64,000 nt of DNA from Candidatus Multivoradales bacterium (GTDB lineage Bacteria > Acidobacteriota > Thermoanaerobaculia > Multivoradales > JAHEKO01), in contig CBDCVR010000015.1 of assembly GCA_965223155.1 (NCBI GenBank), positions 256,001 through 320,000 of the forward strand. Direction: 5' to 3'. Under the pieces are notes generated by a model that saw only the letters and a program-made list of their open reading frames with translations, did no database searches and was not told where the DNA came from. Shown here piece by piece: positions 1 through 8,771 of the stretch (position 1 is its first letter; each line of letters opens with the position of its first letter). The translations under genes were made by a program, and so were the position numbers.

Positions 1-864
1 CACAGCCAGCACCCGCTCCTTCAACAGGTTCTGGACCCGGAGCCGCAGGTGCTCCTGACGCCGCTCGGCGAGGGTACCCGTCTCCCGCAACCAGCGGCGG
101 TGGGACCGGATCTCCGCCAGAACCCCGTCGATGCCTTCTCCCCGGCTGGCCACGGCGCGCAAGATCGTGGGCCGGCGCCGGCTCGGATCTCCCATCGAGA
201 TCATGAGCTCCAGGTCCCGCTCGGTGCGGTCGACTCCGTCGCGATCCGCCTTGTTGACGACAAAGACGTCCGCGATCTCCATGATGCCGGCCTTGATCGC
301 CTGGATGTCATCACCCAGGCCGGGCACCGTAATGACGATCACCGTCTCCACGCACCGGACGATGTCGACCTCGTCCTGACCCACGCCGACGGTCTCGACA
401 CAGATCCAATCAAAGCCGGCCGCGTCCAGGACGTCGACCACGTCGTGGGTGGCGGGCGCCAGCCCCCCCATGGCTCCACGGGTGGCCATCGAGCGAATGA
501 AGACGCCCCGGTCCGTGTAGTGCTTCTGCATGCGGACCCGGTCGCCCAGGATCGCCCCGCCCGAAAACGGGCTCGTTGGATCGATGGCTACGACCGCCAC
601 CGAGTCTCCGCCTTCCCGGATCCGACCGATCAGCCGGTCCACCACGGTGCTCTTGCCGGCTCCCGGCGGACCGGTGACCCCGAGGACCCGAGCCTTGCCG
701 ACGCGTGGGTAGAGAGCTGCGATCAACCGCCGGCCGCGCTTGCCCCGGGCCTCAGCCACAGAGATGGCCCGAGCCAGGGCTCTCGGGCTCCGCTCCAGCA
801 CGCCGCGAATCAGCGCTTCGTCGTCTCCAAGCGAGGCGCAGGGGCTCGAAGCCGCTTCAGCCAT
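1..864 (-). CDS. meaB: Methylmalonyl-CoA mutase-associated GTPase MeaB/ArgK (runs off the left edge)
   Basis: Not in the ORF track because no stop lies in the window. Manual translation from ATG 864 gives ALARAIS, GVTGPPGAGKST (Walker A), IDPTSPFSGGAILGDRVRM, FIRSMATRG, VETVGVGQDE and VVNKAD. Confidence 0.93.
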   Translation of the reverse strand, partial: MAEAASSPCASLGDDEALIRGVLERSPRALARAISVAEARGKRGRRLIAALYPRVGKARVLGVTGPPGAGKSTVVDRLIGRIREGGDSVAVVAIDPTSPFSGGAILGDRVRMQKHYTDRGVFIRSMATRGAMGGLAPATHDVVDVLDAAGFDWICVETVGVGQDEVDIVRCVETVIVITVPGLGDDIQAIKAGIMEIADVFVVNKADRDGVDRTERDLELMISMGDPSRRRPTILRAVASRGEGIDGVLAEIRSHRRWLRETGTLAERRQEHLRLRVQNLLKERVLAV

Positions 865-983
865 GGGCGCTCCCGGCCAGGGCCGCAAGGACCCAAGGCG
901 CCGCGTCCGCCGGTCTCCCACGGTCCCGGCGGCTGCAGGTTCCGTCCAGGAGGCCGCGCCCCGGCAGCGGCAAGACCGGGCGC

Positions 984-2177
984 CTAGGAGGCGCCTTCGC
1001 GGAAGAGCTGGCGTGCGATGACGAGTCGCTGAATCTCACTCGTGCCCTCACCGATCGTGCAGATCTTGCAATCGCGATAGAACTTCTCGGCACGATATTC
1101 CTTGATGTAGCCGTAGCCGCCGTGGATCTGGACACCGCGCTCGGCGCAGAAGACGGCCGCCTCGCCGGCCAGCAGCTTGGCCTCGGCCGCAAGCCGGGTG
1201 ACTCCTCCGCCAGCGTCTATGCGGGCGGCCGCCGCCAGGGTCAGGGTCTCGGCGGCGGCGCACCGGGTGGCCATCTCCGCCAGGTGGAACTGAATCGCCT
1301 GGAAGCGCGCGATGGGCTTGCCGAACTGCTCGCGCTCTTTGGCATAGGCAAGCGCGGTCTTGTACGCGCCCCAGGCCGTGCCGACGCCCAGAGCCGCAAT
1401 CGAAATGCGCCCGCCGTCCAGGATCTTGAGCGCCTGGATGAAGCCGTCGCCACGCTCGCCCAGCAAGTGGCCGTCCGAAACAAGGCAGTCCTCAAGAATG
1501 ACCTCCGAGGTGTCGGAGGCCCGGCTGCCCAGTTTGTCTTCCTTCTTGCCCGGCCGGAAGCCGTCCATGCCGCGCTCGACAACGAAGGCCGAGATGTTGT
1601 GGTGCTGGGGTCCGTCCGGATCGGTCACCGCCAGGACGACACAAAGATCGCCGACCGAGCCGTGGGTAATGAAGGTCTTCGAGCCGTTTAGCACCCAGCC
1701 GCCATCGACCTTCTCGGCGCGGGTCCGGGTGCCGGCCGCGTCCGAGCCCGCTCCGGGCTCGGTCAGACCCCAGGCCGCGATCTTGCGGCCCGCCGCCAGG
1801 TCAGGAACCCAGCGCCGGATCTGGTCCTCGGTGCCGAACTTCAGGATGTGGTTGGTCCCGAGTGAGTTGTGGGCGGCGACACTCAGGCCGATCGACGGGT
1901 CAACCTGGGAGATCTCGCTCACGACCAGGACATAGTCCACGTATCCGAGCCCGGCGCCACCGTACTCCTCCGGCACCAACACGCCCAGGAAGCCCAGCTC
2001 GCCGGCCTTGGCGAACTCCGCTTTGGGAAATCGCTGCGCCTCGTCGATCTCCTCGACGATGGGATCGAGCTCTTTGGCCGCAAACTCGCGCGCCAGCTGC
2101 TGAACCGCGCGCTGCTCGTCGGTGAGAGCGAAATCGAGCGTTTCGAGAGCGCTGGAGGTGGCTTCAGCTACAGTCAT
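984..2177 (-). CDS. Acyl-CoA dehydrogenase (short/branched-chain type)
   Basis: Motifs WGLTEPGAGSDA, LNGSKTFITHG, REQFGKPI, QIHGGYGY and IGEGTSEIQRLVIAR. Start taken at MTVAEA. Confidence 0.95.
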   Translation of the reverse strand: MTVAEATSSALETLDFALTDEQRAVQQLAREFAAKELDPIVEEIDEAQRFPKAEFAKAGELGFLGVLVPEEYGGAGLGYVDYVLVVSEISQVDPSIGLSVAAHNSLGTNHILKFGTEDQIRRWVPDLAAGRKIAAWGLTEPGAGSDAAGTRTRAEKVDGGWVLNGSKTFITHGSVGDLCVVLAVTDPDGPQHHNISAFVVERGMDGFRPGKKEDKLGSRASDTSEVILEDCLVSDGHLLGERGDGFIQALKILDGGRISIAALGVGTAWGAYKTALAYAKEREQFGKPIARFQAIQFHLAEMATRCAAAETLTLAAAARIDAGGGVTRLAAEAKLLAGEAAVFCAERGVQIHGGYGYIKEYRAEKFYRDCKICTIGEGTSEIQRLVIARQLFREGAS

Positions 2178-2685
2178 GGGCGTGAGCAATCAGGCAAGTC
2201 GGCAACGGCAGAGTATCACGCGCAAATCGTCCTCCCGAGCGCTTGCTGCTCTCCTCGCCGGCGCCCTCTCGGGCCTCGCGTGCGCCGACGTGCCCACGGC
2301 CGAAGGGCCTCTGCGGCCTCTGCGGCCTCTGATAGTCCCCGCGCTGGACGCTCCGATCCTCTGGATCGAAGTGCGAAATGTTCCTGGCGGTCCCTTGTGG
2401 CGCATCGAAGGCGATCCTCCGAGCCGGCTCGAGCATGTTCCTCTGGGCCACGTGCCACCTGGCTACCGTCAGGTCGTACCTCCCTCCCAGCCACCGCGGG
2501 CCTTCGAGCCAGGAGAGCGCCTGACCGTGATCATCGGTCTTCCCGGACTGATCTTCGAGCAAGACGGCTGGGCCGACAGCCCTGGAACGATCGCCGTGGT
2601 CGAGCAGCGCAAGCGGATACTGCCCGCCGGCGTCAGCGAACTCGAACCGGAAACCGAAGTCGTCAGGCCGGGTGCGAGTAACTGA
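2176..2685 (+). CDS. Hypothetical lipoprotein (start uncertain)
   Basis: Hydrophobic stretch ending in lipobox-like ALSGLAC, followed by protein-like sequence. Fills an otherwise empty gap. Confidence 0.4.
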   Translation: MGVSNQASRQRQSITRKSSSRALAALLAGALSGLACADVPTAEGPLRPLRPLIVPALDAPILWIEVRNVPGGPLWRIEGDPPSRLEHVPLGHVPPGYRQVVPPSQPPRAFEPGERLTVIIGLPGLIFEQDGWADSPGTIAVVEQRKRILPAGVSELEPETEVVRPGASN

Positions 2686-3268
2686 TGGACCCGCGCGTCA
2701 GCGAACCGTCTCCGACCGCCCACACGGTCAGCGATCTCGCGCCCGAGGTCGCGCGCAACACGACGGTCTGATTGCGACCCGCCGTCAGATCTCTGCGCTC
2801 GACCTGAAACCCGCTCCGCCGCAGGTGCTTCTCGCACGCTGCCGCTAGCCGATCAATCGACTCCGAGGTCTCGATCCCAAAGCTCACCGAAACCCGACCC
2901 TCAGCCTCTTCCAAGGCCGGCGCACCCCGGTTCACGCCCGCGACGTCCGGCACCCAGTCGGGAATCTCGGCCGCGGCCCCCGCTTGCATTGGGAGCTCCC
3001 ACGCACCGGGGTCTGCGCGGGTCTCGTCCTGGGCTGGCTCATACGTCGGGCCCTCGCCACCTCCGGATCCTGGCTCTCCAGACCCGGCCCCGGCCGGAGC
3101 CGAGCCACCGTCCATGGGGACCGCCGCCGCGTCAGGAGAGCTCGTCCCATCTGCGGCGTCCCGGGTCAGATGCCACCAGGTTCCCACCAGAGCTCCAACC
3201 AGAACCAATCCGGCCAGCCATGCGGCCGCACCGGATCGCTTCTTGCGACTTTGGACCCGCCCGTCCAT
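2663..3268 (-). CDS. Hypothetical single-pass membrane protein
   Basis: Basic N-terminus, TM helix (AAAWLAGLVLVGALVGTWW), low-complexity linker, then a globular C-domain (IPDWVP...). Starts 7 nt after the upstream stop. Confidence 0.6.
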   Translation of the reverse strand: MDGRVQSRKKRSGAAAWLAGLVLVGALVGTWWHLTRDAADGTSSPDAAAVPMDGGSAPAGAGSGEPGSGGGEGPTYEPAQDETRADPGAWELPMQAGAAAEIPDWVPDVAGVNRGAPALEEAEGRVSVSFGIETSESIDRLAAACEKHLRRSGFQVERRDLTAGRNQTVVLRATSGARSLTVWAVGDGSLTRGSISYSHPA

Positions 3269-3275
3269 CGCGATG

Positions 3276-3992
3276 CTACTGGGGTTCGGAGCCCACGGCG
3301 AAAAAGTCCGCGTCGAGGTCGAATGCCAGGCGCGTATAGGCCACACTCGAATCCAGCTCCACCTCGAAGTCCGCCTCCGCCCCGGGAATCAACGCCGACG
3401 AGGTCATACGTGCCGCGTGGGTGGCGAGAAGCGCGCCCTCCCGGTCCAAGCCCTGGACGGAGACCGCCACCGCCGTGGCGACGAGGTCGCTGGTGTTGCG
3501 GATCTTGCCGCGGACGATCTCACGGTCCCCGGACTGGAGCCGCTGCCAATCCACCACCACCAGACGCGGCGCCTCCTCGGCCGCCTCATCAGCGGCGGCA
3601 TCCCCTGCCCGACCCGCAGCGGGATCGACATGGCCCACGTCAGCGTCGGTGACGACGAACGTGGCTTTGGGTTTGGGCTCTTCCTTTTCGCCGACCTTGG
3701 CTGGGGCCGCGGCCTCGCGCCGCCGAGCCTCCAAGGCCTCGGTAAGGCGCTCGCTGGCTTCGAGGTCCACGTCCCGCGCGGCCATCGAAACCAGAGTGCC
3801 GTCCGGAAGCTCGAAGACCAGAAGTCGTCCATCGACGCTCCACGCGCCGCGCGTCTCGACTCGTGAGCCGTCGCGAAGCACCAGCCAGTCGGCCTCTAGC
3901 GGCGGCGCGATCGTCAGTGCGACGGCTACCGCCAGCCAGCAGGCAGGGCCGCTCCCGAACCGGGCCTCCGGAACACTGTCTTTCGAGATCAG
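3276..3992 (-). CDS. Exported protein with an FxLYD-like Ig-fold C-domain (start uncertain: GTG 3881 or CTG 3992)
   Basis: N-terminal motif DWLVLRDGSRV and C-terminal VRGKIRNTS...V.V...D.EG.LL...LIPG.EA.FEV. A signal-peptide-like stretch lies upstream of GTG 3881. Confidence 0.65.
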   Translation of the reverse strand: MISKDSVPEARFGSGPACWLAVAVALTIAPPLEADWLVLRDGSRVETRGAWSVDGRLLVFELPDGTLVSMAARDVDLEASERLTEALEARRREAAAPAKVGEKEEPKPKATFVVTDADVGHVDPAAGRAGDAAADEAAEEAPRLVVVDWQRLQSGDREIVRGKIRNTSDLVATAVAVSVQGLDREGALLATHAARMTSSALIPGAEADFEVELDSSVAYTRLAFDLDADFFAVGSEPQ

Positions 3993-6900
3993 AAGTCTCT
4001 CCAGTTCTTCTCGATCAGGCAGATCGGCACCGGAGCGATGGTCTCGACCCTGGTGTCGGCGCCGACCGCCTTGATGTCCACCCTCTGCGAGCTGAACCGG
4101 CAGTTCTCCGGGAAAAGCTTGGTCAGCTCGTCGAAGATCTGCTGCTGGTCCGGAGGCAAGCTATCTTCGGGCGGATCCGTCGGGCTCGGTGGCGAACCCG
4201 GTTTGTTCTTCGTGGTCGCGAGATCCGCGAAGGCCTTGCTTGCCAGCGTGTTGATCGTCTGAGCGCGCGTGCGCACGCCGTTCTCGAAAAGCACCCCGTT
4301 GCCACTGGTCGTCAGCACGCCAAACAAGCGGCTGGAGCCGCCGCGCGAGCAAAGACGAAGGTTGGATCTCCGGGGCGCGTTGGGATCGATCACCGACTCG
4401 ACCTCAGGGATATAGCTGCTGAAAACCGTCACTCCGGAGAGGGCAAAGGCATCAGCGATCACCCGCTCATTGGGCTGGTCCAGTTCGAGCACCCAACCGT
4501 GGCGTTTGCCCGTACCGGGATGCTGCAGGAAGTCCGTGTTGACGGTGGCGCTTCCCGGGGTGATCTTCTCGAGGTCGTCAGCCACGAGGGTAGGCGCCAG
4601 CAGCGTCGTATCGTCCAGAAAGACGTAGAAACGGCCTGGCGCCGGCGCGATGCTCCAGAGGTTCTCGCGATCGCCGTCTCCCAGCGCCAGCGTGAAGTTG
4701 GGGCTCAGCCGGGGGGTGAAGATCACCGACGGCCGATGATAGAACGGCTGCCTGGTTCCGGTCGCAGAGTTGACGTTGTCGAAGACGACCCTGGGCTTGA
4801 AGGCGTTGTCAAGGATGCGCTTGACCGGCACTTGGGTGATGACCCCGCCGGATTCGACGGCCACCTGGGTATCGACCAGGACCGGCACGTCGGGAGCTCC
4901 CGAGGCCGGGTGCAGATCCACCCGGTACACGAAGCCGCCCAGGGTCGGGATGTAGACCCGATCCAGCAAGCCGTCCTGGTTGACGTCCACCGCCGCCGGC
5001 TCGCTGGCGGCCGCCCCGCCTGACGCCGTCGGGTCGGCCGGGTCCTCCAGGCGTCGTTTGTAGATGGTCTGGCCGGTCTCGACGTCAACGATGTAGAGCC
5101 AGTCACCGCGAGCGAACTTGAGTGCTGGGTCGATGCCGCCCCCGAAGATCGCCACGAAGCGGTCTTCCTCGACGCCTCCGACCTTGAGGCGCATCCGTCC
5201 CAGATTCGGCCTGGACCAGGTCTGGGCCAGGTCGGGGTACTGGTTGCCGTCCTCGTCCAGCCGTACCCGCTGGCCGCCAACGACGAGGGTGTCGTCGAAC
5301 TCCCACAGTGGGGTCGCAAACGTCAGCTCGTCGTGGCAATCCATGACGTCGCCAGTGCCGGTTGCGTTCCAACAATCGGGAATCGGATTGGCGTTCTTGG
5401 GCACGGTGACCGTCTGCTGGGGCGGACCCGGCAGCGTTACCTCCTCGAGCTGGTCAGGATGGGTGACGTCGAGCGCATAGAGGCTCTCGCCACCCCGCCG
5501 CAGCCCTGCCACGAGGACGGTACGCCACTCCCGATCGTTGGCGGTGGGCGTCCCGGCGTGCTTCGGATCCAGAAATACATCGGCCACTGACAGACTGCCA
5601 TCGACCGCCCACTGGTGGGATGTGCCTTGCGCGATGTCCGTCACCTTGGACATCGAGCCGCGCGGCATGTAGGCCAGGACCTCCCGACCGGTGCCGTTGT
5701 TGATGACGACTTCGTTGTTGACCACGTCAGCGACGCCGGCGTCGAAGAAATGGATCATGCCGTCGTTGGCCGCGAGGACAAGCAGCTTGCGGCGGAACTC
5801 GTGGCGCTTGGCGAAGTCACGGTAGCCCTCATAGTCCTGGACGAAGAGCAGGTTGCTGGTCGGAGCCCCGAGCACCACAGGGTCGGCATGAAAGGTCTCA
5901 CCCAGAATGTAGGTGATCTCGCTGGCCGGATCGTCGGGATCGGTGCGCGCCGTCTTGAGCGAGTAGGTCGCGTCGACGACGTTGTTGGCATCGGCGCGGG
6001 CTTGATCCTCGGAAGTTTCGACTCCGGCGTTGAAGACCAGTCCCAGGCCATTCCAGAAGTCGATTTCGTCGGTGCTGGCCGAACTCCCGCTCTTGGTCGT
6101 GCCCACGAACGGCTTGGCAACCCGCGGCACCGCATTCGAAGTCGAAGCTTGGCTGTAGAAGACCCTACGCTGGTTGAGGGTCGCCCCGAAGGGGTTGGCG
6201 ACATCGACCTGCTGTTTCAGCTCGTCGCCGACGTCCCAGACGATGCAGCCTTCGGTGTCATTGGGGCCGCAGACTCTCGACGGATCGGGAACGAACAGCG
6301 TCTCCCCTGTGTCGGGGTCGGTGACCTGCATCAAAGCGTCTTCCAGCGGCTTCAAGATGGCGGTCCCGCTTCCGGCCCAGGTGGATACCTCGTTGAGGGG
6401 CGTGAAACTGGTCAAGACCACTTTGTCTTCGGCTTCGGTCTGGACGGAGGGCACCGCGGCGCTGGTGAAGGAGCGCGCTTCCGACTCGATCGTTCCCAGA
6501 ATGTCCTGCAAGGCGGTCCGAAGCTGATCGCCGGTATCCACCGTGATGAGCTCGGCGTCGGCATTCGAGAGAATGCTCTGGAAGGATTGTTCGCCTTCTC
6601 GACCACCTACGTTCAACACCCAAACACTGGTGCCGATCGCGTCCAGATCGGCGGTGTCGGCCGAGGCATTCTCGCCGCCGCAGGTGTCCTCGCCATCCGA
6701 GATCATGATCACGAAAGGCCGGCGGCACTCGTAGTCCGGATCGCGACCCTTGGCGACCTGCTGCCAGCCCTCGGTAAACGAGATCTTGCTGTTGCCATCT
6801 CGGCACTTGCCCGCCGGCCCGATGTTGGGGCCAAGGTAGAAGCAGCGGTAGTCGTTGACGGCCTTGGCGAACGGCGTCTCGCCGGTCGCAACCACCGGCC

Positions 6901-8170
6901 GGCGGCCAGGATCCGCCAGGGCATGGTTGCCGGTAACCCCGTCCGGAAGATGGGCGAAGTAGTTGGCCACCCCGAAGTCCGGAGGCGCGCCGGTGTTGTG
7001 GTTCGGGTTGAGCCGCTTCAACATGTCGTCCTTGGCCGAGATATCCCAGTGGAACGGGATGAAGTCGCCCCGGTCCAGCTCGCGGAACTGCGGGTACACC
7101 GGATCCAGCAGGGTATTCAGTTTCAGGTTGCGGCACACCGGATTCGAGCCGGACGTGGAACAGAACTCGTCGTCCGACGTCAGTTGCTTCTGCACGCCCG
7201 AAAGCTCGCTGAGATTCGCCAGCTCGAGCACCGGATCGTCGTAGTTACCCTCGAGGCCCTTGCCCGAAAAGGGCGAGCCCGAGCTGCAATCGGTGTCCGC
7301 AAACGCCCCCCGCCAGTTCCAGAATCCGGCGTGGTCCTCGACGTCGTTGCCGCCGCCCTCGGCGCCGTCGTCAGCGAACCGATCGCCCATGTCGTCCATC
7401 AACGTCGCACCCACCCGCTGGAAGTCGAGGTTGGACACAAGGCTGGCAATGACACCCTGATTGCAGTCCCCCGTATTGATGACGTCCATGCGAATGGTCA
7501 GGACGGGATCGCCTAGGGATTGAGAGCCCGCCTGGACGCCGGGAGCCGAAAAGATGATCCTCCTGTGGACGCCGTTGAACTCCACCCACATCGTGGTCTT
7601 GGAGGTTCCGTCCGCGCCCAGCTTCGGAAAGCGGCTAGCCTTGGCCCGTTCCTCGGGGTTGGTCAAGTCGAAGGCTGTCGCGCAGGTGTTGGCCACGCCG
7701 AGGGTGCCGCCCTCCCCCGGAATGAGGCGGCCCACGGTCAGCACGTCGTCGAAAGCGTCCACTTGCCCATTGCTGTCGATCAAGGGATAGAGAAGCAGCG
7801 TGTCGAAAAACGATTGAGGTTGCGTGCGGCTGTAGAGAAAGTGCTTCGACTGGACGTGAAGCTCGTCCTGGTTGAAGGTCATGAAGCCGAAGTTGATGCC
7901 GTCCTCGGCCTTGAAAATGTCGTATAGGGCCTTCTTGGCCGCGTAGATCTTGGAGCGCTCGTAGTCGCCGTTCATGGGATGCCACTCGTTGGTGCCGATG
8001 GTGAGGTTCATCGACGTCGAGGTGTCCAGAATCAGCATGACGTACGGGGTGGCCGTGTTCTTGCGCAAGAGGTCGGTGTCGTCCGTCCGAGCCGGAGGGA
8101 CGCTCGAAAGCAGCAGCGCGACGCAGCCCACCGCTAGGTGAGCGCGCCATCGTCTGGATCCGATGTGCAT
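3989..8170 (-). CDS. pilY1: Type IV pilus tip adhesin PilY1/PilC with vWA domain
   Basis: Signal peptide. MIDAS-like LILDTSTSM and IMISDGED. PilY1 propeller motifs LGETFHADP, AANDGMIHFFD, GREVLAYMP, VDGS, GLRRGG, YALDVT, QTWSRP, DVNQDGLLDRVY and GWVLEL. Confidence 0.92.
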   Translation of the reverse strand: MHIGSRRWRAHLAVGCVALLLSSVPPARTDDTDLLRKNTATPYVMLILDTSTSMNLTIGTNEWHPMNGDYERSKIYAAKKALYDIFKAEDGINFGFMTFNQDELHVQSKHFLYSRTQPQSFFDTLLLYPLIDSNGQVDAFDDVLTVGRLIPGEGGTLGVANTCATAFDLTNPEERAKASRFPKLGADGTSKTTMWVEFNGVHRRIIFSAPGVQAGSQSLGDPVLTIRMDVINTGDCNQGVIASLVSNLDFQRVGATLMDDMGDRFADDGAEGGGNDVEDHAGFWNWRGAFADTDCSSGSPFSGKGLEGNYDDPVLELANLSELSGVQKQLTSDDEFCSTSGSNPVCRNLKLNTLLDPVYPQFRELDRGDFIPFHWDISAKDDMLKRLNPNHNTGAPPDFGVANYFAHLPDGVTGNHALADPGRRPVVATGETPFAKAVNDYRCFYLGPNIGPAGKCRDGNSKISFTEGWQQVAKGRDPDYECRRPFVIMISDGEDTCGGENASADTADLDAIGTSVWVLNVGGREGEQSFQSILSNADAELITVDTGDQLRTALQDILGTIESEARSFTSAAVPSVQTEAEDKVVLTSFTPLNEVSTWAGSGTAILKPLEDALMQVTDPDTGETLFVPDPSRVCGPNDTEGCIVWDVGDELKQQVDVANPFGATLNQRRVFYSQASTSNAVPRVAKPFVGTTKSGSSASTDEIDFWNGLGLVFNAGVETSEDQARADANNVVDATYSLKTARTDPDDPASEITYILGETFHADPVVLGAPTSNLLFVQDYEGYRDFAKRHEFRRKLLVLAANDGMIHFFDAGVADVVNNEVVINNGTGREVLAYMPRGSMSKVTDIAQGTSHQWAVDGSLSVADVFLDPKHAGTPTANDREWRTVLVAGLRRGGESLYALDVTHPDQLEEVTLPGPPQQTVTVPKNANPIPDCWNATGTGDVMDCHDELTFATPLWEFDDTLVVGGQRVRLDEDGNQYPDLAQTWSRPNLGRMRLKVGGVEEDRFVAIFGGGIDPALKFARGDWLYIVDVETGQTIYKRRLEDPADPTASGGAAASEPAAVDVNQDGLLDRVYIPTLGGFVYRVDLHPASGAPDVPVLVDTQVAVESGGVITQVPVKRILDNAFKPRVVFDNVNSATGTRQPFYHRPSVIFTPRLSPNFTLALGDGDRENLWSIAPAPGRFYVFLDDTTLLAPTLVADDLEKITPGSATVNTDFLQHPGTGKRHGWVLELDQPNERVIADAFALSGVTVFSSYIPEVESVIDPNAPRRSNLRLCSRGGSSRLFGVLTTSGNGVLFENGVRTRAQTINTLASKAFADLATTKNKPGSPPSPTDPPEDSLPPDQQQIFDELTKLFPENCRFSSQRVDIKAVGADTRVETIAPVPICLIEKNWRDF

Positions 8171-8186
8171 GAGCTGGAACCTTCCT

Positions 8187-8771
8187 TTAGAAAGAAATCT
8201 TCGCCATCATGGCGTTGTCTTCGAGTGGAAACAGAGCTTCGGGCAAGACCTTCCAGGGCTGCATTTCGATCATCGCGGCCACTTGTTTCTCACCCATGGC
8301 GCTCTTGGTCGCGCCCCGGTCATAGGTCATGAAGCGCTGGGCGGTCGAGGAGACCGCGTTGTTGATCTTGCGGTAGGCGTTTTCGCTGTAGGTGCCCGCG
8401 TTATTGATCTCGCACAGATTGCACGGAGTGTCGAGAATGGGCAGCAACGGCGTCAGAGAGACCTCGCTCGCCCAGTCCGGATTGGCGTCCTGATAGTCGA
8501 GGCCGTCGTCGGTCAGAATGAAGGTTTGCGACGAGTGATCGCCCGACACCAGACCGCGGGCAACTGCGACCTCGAGGCCGGTGTCGGCGGCGTAGAAGAC
8601 GCGGGTGGCGACCCGCTCGTTGGCGCCGATCTGAAGCTCGGTCTGGGTGGTTACCGCCAGCGACAGCGCGATGACGGTCAGAAGGATCATCACCAGCAGG
8701 GTCACCAGATAGGCGCTGCCGGCTTGACGCCGGGGCCGGCGAGAGCCGGGTCGGTGCGATCGGGCCGTCAT
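8187..8771 (-). CDS. pilX: Minor pilin PilX-like
   Basis: RRQAG|SAYLVTLLVMILL class III signal lacking Glu5, plus A.RVFYAADTGLE (PilX_N pattern). Directly upstream of pilY1. Confidence 0.85.
   Translation of the reverse strand: MTARSHRPGSRRPRRQAGSAYLVTLLVMILLTVIALSLAVTTQTELQIGANERVATRVFYAADTGLEVAVARGLVSGDHSSQTFILTDDGLDYQDANPDWASEVSLTPLLPILDTPCNLCEINNAGTYSENAYRKINNAVSSTAQRFMTYDRGATKSAMGEKQVAAMIEMQPWKVLPEALFPLEDNAMMAKISF

Noticed and set aside
49-987. 312-aa plus-strand ORF
   Set aside because: It is the antisense shadow of meaB, which has clear motifs on the minus strand.
2307-2331. 9-bp tandem repeat (GCCTCTGCG, encoding PLRPLRPL)
   Set aside because: Fewer than three copies and in frame, so probably trivial slippage.
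5615-7516. Long antisense or off-frame ORFs (also 39671-41167, 54050-56746, 57108-58973, 59986-61662, 61769-63514)
   Set aside because: They are high-GC shadows of well-supported genes, with no recognisable motifs.
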